This document shows positions 50,245-60,465 of a stretch of DNA of 64,000 nucleotides, piece by piece. This DNA comes from Longimicrobiales bacterium. Its GTDB lineage: Bacteria > Gemmatimonadota > Gemmatimonadetes > Longimicrobiales > Gaopeijiaceae. Location: contig JAWLHJ010000004.1 of assembly GCA_041690395.1 (NCBI GenBank), positions 209,355 to 273,354 on the forward strand. Direction: 5' to 3'. The notes under the pieces are model-generated. The model was not told where the DNA came from. It made no database searches and worked only from the letters and a program-made list of their open reading frames with translations. Within the stretch, counting starts at the first letter, position 1, and every line of letters begins with the position of its first letter. Position numbers and translations under genes: made by a program.

Positions 50245-52062
50245 TCAGCCGGATCCGGCACGAGAAGCCGTCCGCCGCTCGTAGTCTCCGGCCCAGGCCT
50301 CGAGGACCTGGTCGCCGCGGCGACCAGGCACCGCATCGCGAACGACATCCGGATCGTCCCGGAGGACGGTGAAGACGTCAGTCCCGAAGCGCTCGACCAG
50401 CGTCTCGGCCGTCTTCTCGCCGACGCCCTTGTACCGATGCGCCATATAGCGCACGATCGCGTCCGGGTCGCTCGGAAGACCGAGCGCCTTCAAGTCGATC
50501 GGGGCTCCCCTCGTGGCGGTGGTGGAGGGCGCGTCCGAGGTCGAGGGAGCCGGAGCCTCGGCCTTCGCCTCGGGCTTGCTCGCCGATTTCGACGGGGCGG
50601 CCACGGCCTGTCCTTCGAAGAGCGGAACGGAGCCGTCGTCCGTGCCGGACCGTCGGCGCGTCGAGCCGCGGCGCGGCCCGAGCTTCTTCGCGCGATCCTG
50701 CTTGGGCGGCGCAACCTCGATCACCGTCGGGCTCGAGGTGTCGGGCTCGGTCGGCGCCTGCTCGGGCTCCGAGGGCACGGCGGCGGCGCGACCGGGGGAA
50801 GCCGGCGGCGCCTCGTCGGACCGGGTCGTCTCTGCCCGGCCAAGATCGCGGGTCTCATCGGCCGCCGGGGCGGCCTGGGCCGTTCCGGCCGAGCGCGGCA
50901 GCGTGATCTCCGAAGACCCGTTGTCGGTCTTCGTGATCACGATGGCGCCCCGGTCCTCGGCCTCGGACAGGAACTTGCTGAACTTCGGGAACCCGACGGT
51001 CCCCTCGTCGAAGTCCGGGTGCTTCTCGAGGATCTTGCGCTTGACGTCGGAGTCCCGGATGGAGTCCCTGCCCTCGCCGACGAGGCGCTCGAGCGTCTCG
51101 GTGAGGACGTCGATCGCGGCCTGCACCTGCGCGTCGGTGACCGGGGCGGAGTCGCCGCCCTCGGACCGCGACTCCTGGCTCTCCGGAGCGCGCTCTTCGC
51201 TCCGCTCGCGCCTTCCGCCACGCGGCTTTCGGTCCCGTCTGCCGCGACCGTTGTCGGAGCCCGACGACGACGAGCGACCTCCCCGCCCACCCCGGGCCGG
51301 TTCGATCTCGTACTGCCCGTTGTCCATCTTCTTCAGCGTGACCAGACCGCGCGACGAAGCCTCGGTGAGGAACTTGCTGAACTTGCTGAACCCGATGGCC
51401 CCCTCGTCGAAGTTCGGGTCGATCTCCTGCATGACCTGCTTGAGGCGATCCGAGCGCATGACGTCGTCGCGGGACACCATCTTGGCGACCGCGTCCTTGA
51501 CCAGCACCCAGGGATCGCTCGTTCCGCGGTTGAGGTCCGTCGTCTTCGTCAGCCCGGTGAGGCTCGTGTAGGAGTAGTACTCGTCACAGTTCTGGACGAG
51601 GATGTCCGAGCTGGACTCCTGGATCCCGACACCGATGACGTACTTCCCGTACTCCTTGAGCTTCAGGACCAGGCTGGAGAAGTCGGAGTCACCCGTGAGC
51701 AGGATGTAGGTCCCGATCTCCGGTCGGATGAACACGAGCTCGAGCGCGTCGATCGCCATCCGGATGTCCGTCGCGTTCTTCTTGTTGCTGCCGTAGGCCG
51801 GCGCGAAGATGAGGTCGACCGAGGCCTCGGAGAGCGGGACGATGTACTGCGGATAGCGGCGCCAGTCGGCGTAGGCGCGCTGGACGCTGACCTTGCCCTT
51901 GATGACGTCCGAGTCGAGGAGCGTCTTCAGCTCCTTCGAGAGGTCGCTGCGCATGCCCATCGTGACGTTGTCGAAGTCGATGAGAAGCGCGGCGTGGGGC
52001 GAGGACGCCCCGGAAACGACGGATCCCCCCTGATGGGGAGCCCTCATGTACGGTGTGGTCAT
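50245..52062 (-). CDS. NYN-domain ribonuclease with two OST-HTH/LOTUS domains and a C-terminal HhH-like domain
   Basis: LIDFDNV, KNATDIRMAIDA, LTGDSDF, CDEYYSY (NYN); two FDE..GF.KFSKFL LOTUS repeats; YKGVGEKTAETLVERFG. Confidence 0.9.
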   Translation of the reverse strand: MTTPYMRAPHQGGSVVSGASSPHAALLIDFDNVTMGMRSDLSKELKTLLDSDVIKGKVSVQRAYADWRRYPQYIVPLSEASVDLIFAPAYGSNKKNATDIRMAIDALELVFIRPEIGTYILLTGDSDFSSLVLKLKEYGKYVIGVGIQESSSDILVQNCDEYYSYTSLTGLTKTTDLNRGTSDPWVLVKDAVAKMVSRDDVMRSDRLKQVMQEIDPNFDEGAIGFSKFSKFLTEASSRGLVTLKKMDNGQYEIEPARGGRGGRSSSSGSDNGRGRRDRKPRGGRRERSEERAPESQESRSEGGDSAPVTDAQVQAAIDVLTETLERLVGEGRDSIRDSDVKRKILEKHPDFDEGTVGFPKFSKFLSEAEDRGAIVITKTDNGSSEITLPRSAGTAQAAPAADETRDLGRAETTRSDEAPPASPGRAAAVPSEPEQAPTEPDTSSPTVIEVAPPKQDRAKKLGPRRGSTRRRSGTDDGSVPLFEGQAVAAPSKSASKPEAKAEAPAPSTSDAPSTTATRGAPIDLKALGLPSDPDAIVRYMAHRYKGVGEKTAETLVERFGTDVFTVLRDDPDVVRDAVPGRRGDQVLEAWAGDYERRTASRAGSG

Positions 52063-52197
52063 TGTGTGTCTTTCTTCGTCTCGTGGACATTCTGGTGATG
52101 CCGCGAGACCTCCCCACCCGAGCCACGTCGCGAACGATCGTGGGTCCGGTCGGGGAAGCCCTTGGGCGCGCTCACCACGAGCGCGGCGGCCCCGGGG

Positions 52198-53802
52198 TCA
52201 GGGCGACTGGCGCCCCGCCTTGATCCGGCGGGTCAGCTCGCCCCGTTGCAGCTTACCCGTATCCGTACGGGGGAGCTCGTCCCAGAACTGCACGAGATCC
52301 GGGACTTTGGCCTCCGCGAGTGTTTCGCGGCACCAATCGAGGACCTCGGGTTCCGACACGATCGCACCCTCGACGGGCACGACGCAGGCACAGATGGCTT
52401 CACCGAGCAGCGCGTCCGCGATCCCCAGGACCGCGACCTCCCTGACCGCGGGGTGGGACTCGATTCGAGCCTCGACCTCCCGCGGATACACGTTGAAACC
52501 AGAACGTATGATAACGTCCTTGGTTCGCCCCACCAAATGGAGGTATCCGTCCTCGTCGAGGATCCCCAGGTCTCCGGTGAGGAGGAAGCCGTCGGCGTCG
52601 TAGGCACCCGTCGTCTCCCGAGGCTGCCTGTAGTACCCCAGCATGAGTCCCGGCCCCTTGATGCGGATCTCCCCCACACTCTCCACCGGAAGGGGGTCGC
52701 CACCCGGTCCGAGGATCCGGATCTCGGTCCCCGGCAGCGGGCGCCCCACGGTGAACCTCCGCTTCTCGTCCGAATCGGACGGACGAGTCATGGTCGCTGT
52801 GGAGGCGGTCTCCGTGAGGGAGTATGCCGTCAGCACCGTGACGTCGAAGAGCTCGGCCAGCTCACCGATGAGCTCGTCGCCGACCGGGGCACCCGCCACG
52901 AGGGCGAGCCGAAGTGACGAGAGGTCGCGCGGAGCCGCACGCTGCTCCTCCATCTCGGCCACGAAATGCGTAGGGATGCCGTAGTGGACGGTCACCCCCA
53001 ACCGCTCGATGTCGTCCAGCGTGGCCGCGGCGCCGCCTTCCGTCTGCAGCACGATCGAGGCGCCGGACAGGAGCGTCGACAGTAGACCCGGCGCGAGCCC
53101 GAACACATGGAAGAGCGCGGATACACCGATCACGCGGTCGCTCGTCGTCAGCTCGAGCCCCTGGGCCGTCCCGTCGGCGGCGGCCAGCAGGTTGGCGTGC
53201 GAGAGCTCCACGCCCTTCGCCTTCCCCATCGTTCCGGACGTGTACACGAGCGCGAACGTGTCGTCCGCGGTCGAGCGGTCGTCGCCCGCCATCGGTGCGT
53301 AGTCGCGTCCCGCCCCGGCCGAGAGCAGATCCTCGTACTGGAAGATGCGGTCGTCGTACCAGAGGTCCTCGTCGCCGACGGTCACGACGTACTGGAGCTC
53401 CGGAAGCTGCGGCATGAGATCCTCGAAGATCTCGAGGTAGTCCAGTCCGAACGCCCGCTCGATGGTCACGGCCAGAGAGGCCCCGGACTGCCGTAGCATG
53501 TACTGCAGGTCGACGATGGAGGCCTTCGGATTCAGGGGAACCACGACCGCCCCGAGCTTGGCCGCGGCGAACATGGACACCACGAACTCGGGACGCGGAG
53601 GGAGCACGAGCGCGATGCGGTCGCCGGCTTGGACCCCGAGGTTCGCCCAGGCCGCCGCGAGCGACTCGGCATCGGAGTCGACCCGCCCCACCGCTATCTC
53701 CTCGTCCTGGAAGCGGAGATAAACGCGTCCGGGATCCGTCGTCGCTGAGCGCGCGAGAATGGACGCGAGAGTCGAACCGCTGATGCGCTCGCTGAGCGCC
53801 AT
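52198..53802 (-). CDS. Class I adenylate-forming enzyme (acyl-CoA ligase)
   Basis: YTSGTMGKAKG, YSLTET, TGDLG, GRTKDVIIRSG, LPRTDTGK. Confidence 0.9.
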   Translation of the reverse strand: MALSERISGSTLASILARSATTDPGRVYLRFQDEEIAVGRVDSDAESLAAAWANLGVQAGDRIALVLPPRPEFVVSMFAAAKLGAVVVPLNPKASIVDLQYMLRQSGASLAVTIERAFGLDYLEIFEDLMPQLPELQYVVTVGDEDLWYDDRIFQYEDLLSAGAGRDYAPMAGDDRSTADDTFALVYTSGTMGKAKGVELSHANLLAAADGTAQGLELTTSDRVIGVSALFHVFGLAPGLLSTLLSGASIVLQTEGGAAATLDDIERLGVTVHYGIPTHFVAEMEEQRAAPRDLSSLRLALVAGAPVGDELIGELAELFDVTVLTAYSLTETASTATMTRPSDSDEKRRFTVGRPLPGTEIRILGPGGDPLPVESVGEIRIKGPGLMLGYYRQPRETTGAYDADGFLLTGDLGILDEDGYLHLVGRTKDVIIRSGFNVYPREVEARIESHPAVREVAVLGIADALLGEAICACVVPVEGAIVSEPEVLDWCRETLAEAKVPDLVQFWDELPRTDTGKLQRGELTRRIKAGRQSP

Positions 53803-53953
53803 GGCACCTCCGGCCGGCGTACGTGGGGAAAGGGTGAAGATAGGTCTCACCCCATGGGCTCGCCAACGATTCCCGGACGTTCCGGCCGTCGCGGGACGGG
53901 CCCTCCCGAGTAGACACCGGTCCCGCTCGAACCGCTTAGCGGGACCGGATGGC

Positions 53954-55069
53954 TCAGCCCGTGGCGGCGGCCAGGCGGGTCGAGAGCGCCTCGACGACGA
54001 GCCGGTCGGGCACGTCGTGTGTCCACCCGTCACCCGGGTCCACCTCCCCCAGCCTTCGGAGGAGGACATAGCGGGGTCGTCCTCCGCGCGTCTTCTTGTC
54101 CGTGGCGAGGAATCCCATCACCCGGTCGGCGTCCAGCTCGGGAAGCGGAGGCAGGGCCAGCCCTGCCAGCCCGGACTGGAGACGCGCCCGGGTGCCGGGC
54201 TCGGTAACGCCGAGCTTTTCGCCCACCTCGGCCTCGAGGAGCATGCCGACGGCCACCGCGGTGCCGTGCCCCACCGCGAAGTCCGACGCGGCCTCGATCG
54301 CATGCCCGAGGGTGTGGCCCAGGTTGAGCACCTGCCTCGAGCCACCCTCCCGCTCGTCCGCCTCGACGACGCCGGCCTTGAGCTCGACCGAACGGCCTAC
54401 GGCCTCCTGCGCCGCATCCGGATCGGCTTCCAGGAGTGCGGGCAGCCTCTCGGCCAGCCGGTCGAAGTAGGGAGCGTCGAGGGCCGCACCGTGCTTGAAC
54501 GCTTCCACCAACCCCTGTGCCCGCTCCTCCCAGGAGAGCGTGGCGAGCACCGCCGGGTCCGCGACCACGAGGTCCGGCGCGTGGAACGCACCGACCAGGT
54601 TCTTGCCTTGGGGAACGTCCACACCCGTCTTCCCCCCGACCGATGCGTCGATCATGGCCAGATAGGTCGTCGGGACCTGTACCACGGGGACACCCCTCAT
54701 GAACGTCGCCGCGACGAAGCCCGCGAGATCGGTCGTGACGCCGCCGCCCACCGCGACGACCGCCGAGTCCCGTCCGAAGCCGGCCTCCAGGAGCCGGTCG
54801 GTCAGTGACGCCCACGACTCCCGGGTCTTGTGGGCTTCCCCTTCCGGGAAGGTGAAGAGCCGCACGTCGAGGCCTTCCCGCTCGCACGCCGCCCGCACGG
54901 CCTCGCCATGGAGTGGGGCCACCCGGCTGTCCGAGATCACGGCGTAGCGAAAGGCCGGTACGCGAGACCGGAGTAGTGCGGGCAAGCCGGCGAGTGCCCC
55001 GACCCCGACCACGACGTCGTAGCTCCCGGCCCGGGCGCCCACCGACACGATCAGCTCATTGCGGCTCAT
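53954..55069 (-). CDS. aroB: 3-dehydroquinate synthase
   Basis: GGGVTTDLAGF, VPTT..DASVGGKTG, KNLVGAF, LNLGHTLGHAIE, DKK. Confidence 0.95.
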   Translation of the reverse strand: MSRNELIVSVGARAGSYDVVVGVGALAGLPALLRSRVPAFRYAVISDSRVAPLHGEAVRAACEREGLDVRLFTFPEGEAHKTRESWASLTDRLLEAGFGRDSAVVAVGGGVTTDLAGFVAATFMRGVPVVQVPTTYLAMIDASVGGKTGVDVPQGKNLVGAFHAPDLVVADPAVLATLSWEERAQGLVEAFKHGAALDAPYFDRLAERLPALLEADPDAAQEAVGRSVELKAGVVEADEREGGSRQVLNLGHTLGHAIEAASDFAVGHGTAVAVGMLLEAEVGEKLGVTEPGTRARLQSGLAGLALPPLPELDADRVMGFLATDKKTRGGRPRYVLLRRLGEVDPGDGWTHDVPDRLVVEALSTRLAAATG

Positions 55070-56349
55070 CGGTCGGGCGTACCGACGCGGAACGTGAAGT
55101 CGAGCCCGTCGAGGGGACCGACGGTCAGCACCGCGCCGGCTCGGCCGTCGACGGTCGCGGCCCGGAGCGCGGCACCCGCGCCCAACCGGCCCACGGCCGC
55201 CCCGAACCGATCCAGGAAGCGGTCGCGCGCCGGCTCGTCGTCCCAGACCGAGACCCAGACCAGAGCCACATCTCCGCCCGAGGCGGGCTCCACCAACGCG
55301 TACCGGTCTCCACCCCACCCTTCCGCCAGGCTGGCGGCGTCCGAGCCCACGTGGGTCTCGACCAGGACCTGGAGCTCGAGCCGCCCGAGCACGTCCTCGT
55401 GCAGCACGTTACCACCCTCGACGTCGATGTCCACGTCCACGGGCGGGTCGTCCAGGCGCCCCTCCATGACCTGCTCCGTGGACGCGGGGAGCCACGCGCC
55501 GAACGGAGCGACCCGGCCCTCGGTCGACCACAGACCCTGCACGAACCCGGCCCCCTGCACGTATGGGAAGAGGAGCGAGCGCCGGATGACGGCCGGAGCG
55601 CCCGCGAGAGCCGGAAACTGCGCCTCCATGCCGTCCACGGCGGGAAGGAGCTGGTCGGCGATGCCCGGCACCGCGGCGAGATCCACCGCCTGCCCCGTCA
55701 TCCGCTCCATCATGAACTCGATCATCACCAACGTGGCGTGGCCTTCGATCGCGGCATGGGCCGCGGCCGCGCGATCGTTCCCCAGGTCGGCCGACGTGAG
55801 AGCGTCGAGGTCGGCAGTCTGGTCCTGGACGGCGTGCACGAGCTCGTGGAGGAGCAGGCTCTCGAGCACCTCCCGGGGTTGATCCTCCATGACGAAAAGC
55901 GCCGTCGAGTCGGGCTCGTAGAAGCCGGCGACCTGCTCCGTGTAGAGATCGAGGAGGAGGCCGCGCAGATCGAGATCGGGCTCGACGAGGCCGAGCATGG
56001 CGTAGACTCGTACCGTCTCGCGCGCCTCGTCGGCCGGCAGCTCCTCGTCGAGCTTGTGCCGGAGATAGGCCACGAGCTCGGACCGGCTCCTGCGCTCGAT
56101 CCGGACCGGCGCCACGAGCTCCATGCTCGAGCGGGCGGCCAGGCCCGGGAGGATCTCGGCCGCGAGCGTCCGCAGCTCCGGGTCACTGGAGATCACCAGG
56201 TCCGAGCCCGGCTCCTGCGCGTCGCTCGAGCACGCCCCGAGCGCCAGCAGCAAGAGCACCGACGCCAGCCGTCGGGATCCCGCCCGCAGGAGCGAGATCG
56301 CCCCTCCCTGGCGAAAATCGCGTCGGCGGGTCTCGGACTCGGTGGTCAT
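55066..56349 (-). CDS. Lipoprotein with HExxH zincin motif
   Basis: Lipobox LGAC, VAGFY, LLHELVHAVQDQ, IEGHA, FPYVQG, PASTEQV. Confidence 0.78.
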   Translation of the reverse strand: MTTESETRRRDFRQGGAISLLRAGSRRLASVLLLLALGACSSDAQEPGSDLVISSDPELRTLAAEILPGLAARSSMELVAPVRIERRSRSELVAYLRHKLDEELPADEARETVRVYAMLGLVEPDLDLRGLLLDLYTEQVAGFYEPDSTALFVMEDQPREVLESLLLHELVHAVQDQTADLDALTSADLGNDRAAAAHAAIEGHATLVMIEFMMERMTGQAVDLAAVPGIADQLLPAVDGMEAQFPALAGAPAVIRRSLLFPYVQGAGFVQGLWSTEGRVAPFGAWLPASTEQVMEGRLDDPPVDVDIDVEGGNVLHEDVLGRLELQVLVETHVGSDAASLAEGWGGDRYALVEPASGGDVALVWVSVWDDEPARDRFLDRFGAAVGRLGAGAALRAATVDGRAGAVLTVGPLDGLDFTFRVGTPDR

Positions 56350-56446
56350 GCATCTCTCCTGGCAGGTCGACGGGTCGGTCCGGCGCCCCGGCCGGGCGCC
56401 CGCGTGAGCTTCGCCGCGCGGCGGAGAACGGTCAAGCAATCCGGCG

Positions 56447-56476
56447 TTGAGCATGACCCGGAACCCACGCTAGCTT
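56447..56476 (+). promoter_or_regulatory. Putative promoter of the PBP1A gene
   Basis: TTGAGC-N18-TAGCTT, same hexamers as at 9373-9401. Confidence 0.45.
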
Positions 56477-56565
56477 GCGTCGTGTAGAACCTCTGGCACC
56501 CGGCTTGCAATCTCGATGATCGAGGCCGTGGGGGCTGGAAGAATCCGAGAGCACGGGGTCGACCG

Positions 56566-58764
56566 ATGGTACGAGCGCAACCGAAGGAAGGCGACGGCGG
56601 TAAGAGCCTCGTGGCCAGGGCCCGGGAGCTCCTGCAGCCGGGTCCGATCGCCATGGCGGCGGCCTTCATCGTCGCGTTGGGGCTCGGTGGAGCCTGGGGA
56701 AGCTGGCGTAACCTCTGCGCCGGAGACGTTTGCCCGTCCATCGCCCAGATCCAGACCTTCGAGCACGAGCAGACGACGAAGCTGTACGCGTTCGATGGCC
56801 GCGAGCTCGGTGAGCTCGGCTTCGAGCGGCGCACGCCGGTTTCGATCAACGCGGTTCCCGAATACGTGGCCCAGGCCGTCATCGCCATCGAGGACACGCG
56901 GTTCTACGACCACGGCGGCTTCGATCCGCGCGGCATCGCCCGTGCCGTCTGGGGCGTCCTCACGTTCCGCAACCTCGGCGGGGGCAGCACGATCACCCAG
57001 CAGCTCGCCCGCAACATGTTCGACGAGATCGGTTTCGAGCGGCGCTACATCCGTAAGCTGCGGGAGCTCCAGGTCGCCCTGGATCTCGAGCAGGCCTACA
57101 CGAAGGACCAGATCCTCGAAGGGTACCTGAACGAGATCTACATGGGCCGTGGGTACGGCTTCCAGAACGCGGCCCGGAACTATCTCGGTAAGAACGTCGC
57201 GGACATCAACGTCGCGGAAGCGGCCCTGCTCGCCGCGATCCTGAACGTGCCCGCCCGGTACAACCCGTTCCGTTATCCCGACCGCGCCGAAGCCCGTCGG
57301 AACCTCGTGCTGTCGCGCATGGCCGCTGAGGGCTACCTGAGCGCCGAGGAGGCCGAGCGGTGGAAGGAGTGGCCCCTGCCGGAAGAGGAGCCGGAAGGTG
57401 GGGCCCAGACCCAGGCGCCGTACTTCGAGGAGTGGGTCCGCCAGATCCTCGACTCCAGATTCGGTGACGCGATCTACCGCAACGGCTACCGCGTCTACAC
57501 GACGCTGGACGTCGACATGCAGCGGGCGGCCAAGCAGGCCATGGACGAAGGTTGGCGCGAGATCGAGGCCGATTCCGTGAACTTCCGTCATCCTCGCTAT
57601 GCGGAGTTCGACACCGTCCAGTCGTTCCCCGGCTCCACGCCGTACCTCCAGGGCGCGTTCGTGGCGCTCGATCCGAAGACCGGCCACGTGCGGGCGCTGA
57701 TCGGCGGGCGGGACTATCAGCAGTCCCGCTTCGACCGTGCACGCCAGGCGGAGCGTCAGGCGGGGTCGGCGTTCAAGCCGTTCGTCTACACGGCCGCGAT
57801 CGCGACTGGAATCCCGGCGTCGCACATCATCGTCGACGCGCCGGTCGTGTATCCGCAGATCAACGACGAAGACTGGCGGCCCTCGAACTTCACGAGGGAA
57901 TTCCAGGGCCCGATGACGATCCGGGAGGGACTCTACACCTCCACCAACATGATCGCGATCAAGCTCGGCTGGGAGGAGGTCGGCATCGAGACGGTCGCGC
58001 AGACCGCGCGTCGCATGGGCATCCAGACCGAGATCGGGCGTCTGCCCTCGAGCACGATCGGCGCGTCCTCCGTGATCCCCCTCCAGATGACCGAGGCGTA
58101 CGCATCGTTCCCCAACCTCGGCACGAAGGTGCGGCCGTTCCCCATCCTCAGGGTCGAAGACCAGAACGGCAACGTCGTCTGGGAGCCGCAGCCCGAGCGG
58201 ACCGAGGTGCTGGACAGTCTCTCCGCCCGCATCATGGTATCGATGCTCGAGGACGTGGTCGTCCGAGGCACGGCCTACACCGCGGTACGGGTTCGGGCCG
58301 GTCTGCCTCGCGAGATCCCGGCAGCGGGCAAGACTGGAACCACCAACGACGGGACCAACGTCTGGTTCGCCGGCTTCACGCCCGATCTCGTGGCAACGGT
58401 CTGGTTCGGCATGGACACGCCGATCCCCATCTTCCGCCGCGAAGGCGCGACCCGTCAGGCGACCGGCGGCGGGCTCGCGGCACCCGTCTGGGGATCGTTC
58501 ATGCGGCGGGTGTACCTCGGCGCGGAGACCGACGCGGACGCCGGCATCGAGGGTTTCGACCCTCTCCTGCCGACGCCCGAGCCCTGGCCCATGCCCGACG
58601 GTTTGAACGCGGTGCTGGTGGACCGGGAAACCGGTCAGCTCGCGTCGCGCTGGTGTGCGGAAGAGGACCAGTACCTCGAGTACTACGTGCCGGGAACGGA
58701 GCCCACGGAGTTCTGCGACCGCTCGAACCGGCGGTTCCGCATTCCGCGGGTGCCGGGGCGGTAG
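56566..58764 (+). CDS. Class A penicillin-binding protein (PBP1A family)
   Basis: EDTRFYDHGG, GGSTITQQLARN, RKLRE (GT51); SAFK, STN, KTGT (transpeptidase). Confidence 0.95.
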   Translation: MVRAQPKEGDGGKSLVARARELLQPGPIAMAAAFIVALGLGGAWGSWRNLCAGDVCPSIAQIQTFEHEQTTKLYAFDGRELGELGFERRTPVSINAVPEYVAQAVIAIEDTRFYDHGGFDPRGIARAVWGVLTFRNLGGGSTITQQLARNMFDEIGFERRYIRKLRELQVALDLEQAYTKDQILEGYLNEIYMGRGYGFQNAARNYLGKNVADINVAEAALLAAILNVPARYNPFRYPDRAEARRNLVLSRMAAEGYLSAEEAERWKEWPLPEEEPEGGAQTQAPYFEEWVRQILDSRFGDAIYRNGYRVYTTLDVDMQRAAKQAMDEGWREIEADSVNFRHPRYAEFDTVQSFPGSTPYLQGAFVALDPKTGHVRALIGGRDYQQSRFDRARQAERQAGSAFKPFVYTAAIATGIPASHIIVDAPVVYPQINDEDWRPSNFTREFQGPMTIREGLYTSTNMIAIKLGWEEVGIETVAQTARRMGIQTEIGRLPSSTIGASSVIPLQMTEAYASFPNLGTKVRPFPILRVEDQNGNVVWEPQPERTEVLDSLSARIMVSMLEDVVVRGTAYTAVRVRAGLPREIPAAGKTGTTNDGTNVWFAGFTPDLVATVWFGMDTPIPIFRREGATRQATGGGLAAPVWGSFMRRVYLGAETDADAGIEGFDPLLPTPEPWPMPDGLNAVLVDRETGQLASRWCAEEDQYLEYYVPGTEPTEFCDRSNRRFRIPRVPGR

Positions 58765-58789
58765 CCAGCCAGCTTCGACGAGCGGGTAG

Positions 58790-60097
58790 CTAACCGACCC
58801 GCTCGATCACGAGGGGCAGCGAGGGCGGCGCCTCGCCATCTCCGATCACCACGCTCTCCAGCAGCGCCCGCCGACCGAGCGTGAGACCGTCGGCGTCGCG
58901 CGCGTGGACCCGGCCGATCAGGGTCGCCGCCTCGACCTGCTCACCCGGACGGACGAGCACCTCGAACCCCACGCCCGGATCGATGGTGTCCTCGACCCGC
59001 ACGCGCCCCCCGCCGAGACCGACGACGGCCTCTCCGAGCACCCGCGGACGAACCCGGTGCACGGTCCCCGCGCGGCCCGCGGCGACCTCGCCGACCTCGG
59101 GAGCGGTGTGCAGACGCCCGGGCGCGTCGAGCACCCCCGGGTCACCTCCCTGCTCCACGACCAGGCGGCGGAACCGCTCGAGCGCGGCCCCGGAAGCCAG
59201 CCGCTCCTCGGCACTCTGGCGAACCGCCGCCTCGTCCGAGCCCGGCGAGCCCTGGAGGACCATCTCCACGACCAACCTCAGGACCAGCTCGCGCAGATCG
59301 GCAGGACCCTCGCCCGCGAGACACCGGATGGCCTCGGCCGTCTCCAGCCCGTTGCCCACGGCCCGGCCGAGCGGTCGATCCATGGCCGTGAGAAGCGCAA
59401 CCGTCCTGAGCCCCCGTGCCCGACCGATCCGGACCATGGAGCGAGCGAGCGAACGGGCGCGCTCGGGCTCGGCCAGGAACGCTCCATCACCGACCTTCAC
59501 GTCCAGCACCAGGCCGTCGAGCCCTTCCGCGAGCTTCTTGCTCATGATGCTCGCGGCGATCAACGGGAGTGAGGGGACGGTGCCGGTCACGTCCCGGAGC
59601 GCGTAGAGGCGCCGGTCGAGCGGCGCGATCTCGCGGGTCTGCCCGGTCATGGCGCAGCCGACGTGCTCCAGGACCTCCACGAAGCGGGCGAGATCGAGAT
59701 CGACCCTGAAGCCGGGGATCGCCTCGAGCTTGTCGAGCGTGCCGGTGGTATGGCCGAGCCCGCGCCCCGACATCATGGGCACGTAGAGACCGAGCTCCGC
59801 CGCGAGCGGCGCCAGAGCGAGGGAGACCTTGTCGCCCACCCCTCCCGTGGAGTGCTTGTCGACCCGGGGCCGGTCCAGCGAAGTGAGGTCCAGCGTCGCG
59901 CCCGATGCGAGCATCGTGTCGACGAGGACGTCGGTCTCGTCCTCCGTGAGCCCCTTGTGTACCACCGCCATCAGGAAGGCCGACATCTGGTAGTCCGGCA
60001 CGTCCCCACCGAGGTATCCGCGGAGGAACGCACGAAGCTCGGCCGGCTCGAGCGCGAGGCCGTCCCGCTTACGCTCCAGAACGCGGACGGCGTTCAC
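58790..60097 (-). CDS. pdp: Pyrimidine-nucleoside / thymidine phosphorylase
   Basis: DKHSTGGVGDK, MSGRGLGHTTGTLDKLE, ASIMSKKLA, DVKVGDGAF. Confidence 0.93.
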   Translation of the reverse strand: MNAVRVLERKRDGLALEPAELRAFLRGYLGGDVPDYQMSAFLMAVVHKGLTEDETDVLVDTMLASGATLDLTSLDRPRVDKHSTGGVGDKVSLALAPLAAELGLYVPMMSGRGLGHTTGTLDKLEAIPGFRVDLDLARFVEVLEHVGCAMTGQTREIAPLDRRLYALRDVTGTVPSLPLIAASIMSKKLAEGLDGLVLDVKVGDGAFLAEPERARSLARSMVRIGRARGLRTVALLTAMDRPLGRAVGNGLETAEAIRCLAGEGPADLRELVLRLVVEMVLQGSPGSDEAAVRQSAEERLASGAALERFRRLVVEQGGDPGVLDAPGRLHTAPEVGEVAAGRAGTVHRVRPRVLGEAVVGLGGGRVRVEDTIDPGVGFEVLVRPGEQVEAATLIGRVHARDADGLTLGRRALLESVVIGDGEAPPSLPLVIERVG

Positions 60098-60143
60098 ACC
60101 GAGCCGCCGAGCTCCGCTGTCGACGCGACAGTTTCGACCGGGC

Positions 60144-60386
60144 TCAACGCCCCAGGCGGCCCCGCGCTCCCTTCAGGGCGTCATCGACGCGCCCGCGCAC
60201 ATCGTCGGCCACGTCTTCCCAGCGGTCGCTCGCCGTGTCCCTGAGGTTCGTCGCGGTGCGCTGCAGCCGGCGGCGCGTCCTGCGCCCCGGCTCGGGTGCG
60301 GTGAGGAGCGCGGCGCTGGCACCGATGACCGCCCCGAGCAGCAGGCCCGAGAGGAAGCTGATACGGGTATCGTTCTCGTAATCCAT
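60144..60386 (-). CDS. YtxH-domain protein
   Basis: FLSGLLLGAVIGASAALLTAPEPGRRTR motif. Confidence 0.88.
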   Translation of the reverse strand: MDYENDTRISFLSGLLLGAVIGASAALLTAPEPGRRTRRRLQRTATNLRDTASDRWEDVADDVRGRVDDALKGARGRLGR

Positions 60387-60465
60387 GGGTTCTCCGGTTC
60401 GAGAGGAACTCCTCGAGTGTATATTTTAGCGGTACGCACGACGAACCACGAGACATGGGGGCCGT

